Shown one piece after another: positions 61,660-64,000 of a stretch of 64,000 nt of DNA. The position numbers and the translations under genes were made by a program. The number at the start of each line of letters is the position of its first letter. Position 1 is the first letter of the stretch. This stretch comes from Podarcis erhardii (taxonomy: Eukaryota): assembly GCA_964252035.1 (NCBI GenBank), contig OZ176205.1, one strand, 5' to 3'. The notes under the pieces are model-generated. The model made no database searches, was not told the origin of the DNA, and worked only from the letters and a program-made list of their open reading frames with translations.

Positions 61660-61840
61660 GACATCCTAATTAGCTTTACACACACTCCCACTCGGAGGGG
61701 AGAGAGCACACACACAAAAAGGACTGTCACTTTGCTTTTTTCTCTTTCTAAAAGCGTGTCTGCGCTTACTGGCTTTCCCACTGTGACACCTCTCACAGTA
61801 GTTAATTAGAATCATGTCACCACGTTAATGCGCTCTGACT
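61660..61840. promoter_or_regulatory. Candidate conserved non-coding element 12
   Basis: RBPJ TTCCCAC 61775-61781, TTAATTAG 61802-61809, CpGs retained. Confidence 0.4.
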
Positions 61841-63274
61841 GGACGCTGACAGACATTCGGCCTGTATCCTGCCCAAACCCCCTCCTCCCAGGCCAACAGT
61901 ACCTACGCAAAGCACCTCTCTGCTTCCAAAAACCTCTCCTCACATCCTGGGCAGAAAGGGCCTTGTCTCGTCCACCCGCCTGCCAGCCCATACTCTCTCC
62001 TTGCCAGAAATATCTGCCATATTGCCTCACTCACGGAGCATCCGCTTCACCTGTTTTGAGCTTCCTGACCTTTAGCAGCACTAATTCAAAATGACACTGC
62101 TCATTTGATGACATTTCTGATGATTTTTATTTTAGTCTCTTTTAATTATTTAACTCTGGAGTCTTTGGCCCTATCCCTTAGGCTGTGAGACAGTTGGCCC
62201 CCTACCATAAATCTGGTCTAGGGCCACACCCCACTCCTGCCCATTCTCTGTAAGGGGCACCACAGTGAATCAAACGTAGAGCAAGACGTTCACAACAGAC
62301 TGATGTGATGTAGTTTGCGAAACCTTAAAACTGGGAACTGGGCCATATCAGTCGCAAGATCTCCCGCTTATGTCAGAAAACCATTGCTTGGAAAGCTATC
62401 AAGGGATCAGAATTTAGAAAGGCACTTTCTTTTTAAATACAATCAGATTCTGACGAATCTGAGCAGCTACCAACTTCATCATGGCCATGCACACTTCAAG
62501 ACTGAGCTGCATCTAACAAAGTTGTTCTGTTCATGTAAGGACTTCTGCTTGCACAATAGAACTTCCTCTCCCTCTCCTCACCTCATGTACCAATCTGCTC
62601 TCAAGTTTTACCCAAACCACCAGGGCAAAATTGAGGAGTGGGGGGCATGCAGGGAAAAGAGAGGGAGGGGAAGTTCCTTGCATGAACAGGACAATTTCAC
62701 TGGATTCAACTGTCTAAGAGGATTTCGCTACAGTTTGTCTGGAGCTGCTGCCAGGTAACTTATCCATAGAAGCACATGGCACACAGGTCTTCAGGCATGC
62801 TAAAATTAGTATGTTTTCAGTGCCTTGATTCTCTCTACCTTGAAGTCAAACAGTATGAAGGAAAGATATGCTATTAGTTCATGTCTTTAATTTCCCCCCT
62901 ATATAACATTTTTCAATTCAATTCAATTCAATATACTTTTTTTGACTATTAGAAAAGCTTTGAAATATTTATATCTAAAATTATCAAGGGACACTAAGCA
63001 CAAATGAAACAAACTATTTAGGGCAGCAGAATATATTCCAATTCAAAATTTTCCACAGTATCTACATTCACTGTTTGATACCCAAGACGAGTATTAATGA
63101 GAAGAGTATATACCCTGAAATGCAGAGAGGCCAAGAGAGTGCACAGAAACAAGAAAGAACATGCACAGTAAATAAAGTCCCAAAAGACTAAAACAGTGGA
63201 TGAAGTGAAGCCAGGGCTCCCTTGCTGAGTGGTATGGAGTTGGTTGTGTGCTGACTGAATCTGTTAACAAATGA

Positions 63275-63500
63275 ATATGCTGTCTCCTAGGTGAGCAGAT
63301 CCAGGATGTGATGAACAAGTTGTCAAGTCTTATCAAGTTCACCGATCATTATCCTTTCTTGCTTTTCCCCAAGGGAATGAATTACACCAGAGACAACTAT
63401 GAACGTATCACATTCGACTACAAAACTCTGAGGGGGGAGGTGAAGGACCTTGGGGCTCAGGTGATGTCCTTGTCAATTCTTCCTGTAAAACAGGAATGGG
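63275..63500 (+). mobile_element. CR1 LINE ORF1 fragment (SGNH esterase-like domain), degenerate
   Basis: Translates ICCLLGEQIQDVMNKLSSLIKFTDHYPFLL...NYERITFDYKTLRGEVKDLGAQVMSLSILPV, aligning to recalled CR1 ORF1 VCCLPGARIQDVTERLPRLIKPSDRYPFLL...DLERITADYVALGRRIKEFEAQVVFSSILPV. Confidence 0.8.
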
Positions 63501-63799
63501 GAATCTCCAACCCACCAAGCCTCTCCATGTGGCTCCTGACTCTCTCCCCAGGCTATGTCCCCTTTCCCCTCACCGACTCACTGCAGTACTCAGTGCACCG
63601 ACTCACTCACCGACTCAGGAACAACAAGCGCTGAAAAATCCTGTAGATAAAAGTGCAGACCATTTTTTCCCCTTGCGCATTGCTGCAATGTGTCCCTAAG
63701 CTGTGGTAACAGAAAATATACAAGGGAAGTCCACCTTCCTGGGAAGAATGTGTCCTTCATTGTGAAAAACATGCTTATGATTTTGCCTTCTGGGATGTT

Positions 63800-63895
63800 G
63801 TGCTCCTATGAGCTTCCCCAACAGTTTGGCCATTGTGGGGACAGCATAATAGACTACACAGGCCTTTGGTCTGATCCAACAGGGCTGTTCTTATG
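63800..63895 (+). mobile_element. CR1 LINE 3' end
   Basis: ggcctttggtctgatccaacagggctgttcttatg is the CR1 terminal stem-loop/tail motif. Confidence 0.7.
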
Positions 63896-64000
63896 CTCCA
63901 CTAATCACATATTCCTCTTTTGGCTCCACTCCTTCCCTATTTTAGGTCTGGCCTGATTGCTCGTGTAGCACAGCCCCTGGGAAGGAATTGGTTCTTGGGC

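Larger units (their letters stand above)
5688..64000 (-). other. ERI3: Last intron of ERI3 (at least 58 kb; runs off the window)
   Basis: A manual scan for the expected penultimate exon (AYSFAMGxWPKNGLLDMN...QHIGRPHSGI) found no match in the window. Confidence 0.72.

Noticed and set aside
63960-64000. PKN codons at the window end as the missing ERI3 exon
   Set aside because: Continues PKNQFLPRG rather than PKNGLLDM.
1-64000. CRISPR arrays, rRNA, operon-like systems, intronic snoRNA or miRNA
   Set aside because: The sequence is vertebrate intronic DNA. No regular repeat-spacer array or rRNA similarity was seen, and no snoRNA or miRNA could be supported without a covariance-model search.

Overview
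Vertebrate, intron-dominated genomic DNA from a squamate reptile. The Sauria SINE and the MITE set suggest a lacertid lizard. Two genes are recognisable, arranged tail-to-tail: the last coding exon of DMAP1 (+, 249-308, RKRRESASSSSSVKKVKKP*) and the last exon of ERI3 (-, 5605-5687, DDCKNIANIMKTLAHRGFIFKQTSKPF*). I could not find the preceding ERI3 exon, so everything from 5688 to 64000 appears to be one very large ERI3 intron. It alternates between transposon debris and about a dozen repeat-free, CpG-retaining, homeobox-motif-rich blocks that look like conserved developmental enhancers; conservation is inferred, not shown. The debris includes Tc1/mariner-Tigger, hAT and Harbinger MITEs, SINEs, CR1/L2 tails, a solo LTR and Penelope-like fragments. 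The most striking structure is a pair of sequence-identical, oppositely oriented Penelope-type inserts (34.4 kb and 49.9 kb), each with an intact minimal type-I hammerhead ribozyme core; one lies on the ERI3 sense strand and the other is its antisense. Also notable are an hAT MITE carrying TTAGGG telomere-like repeats and an inverted pair of young Tigger-like MITEs. None of the long ORFs in the ORF track is supported as a gene. All repeat family assignments are from recognition by eye and were not database-verified.
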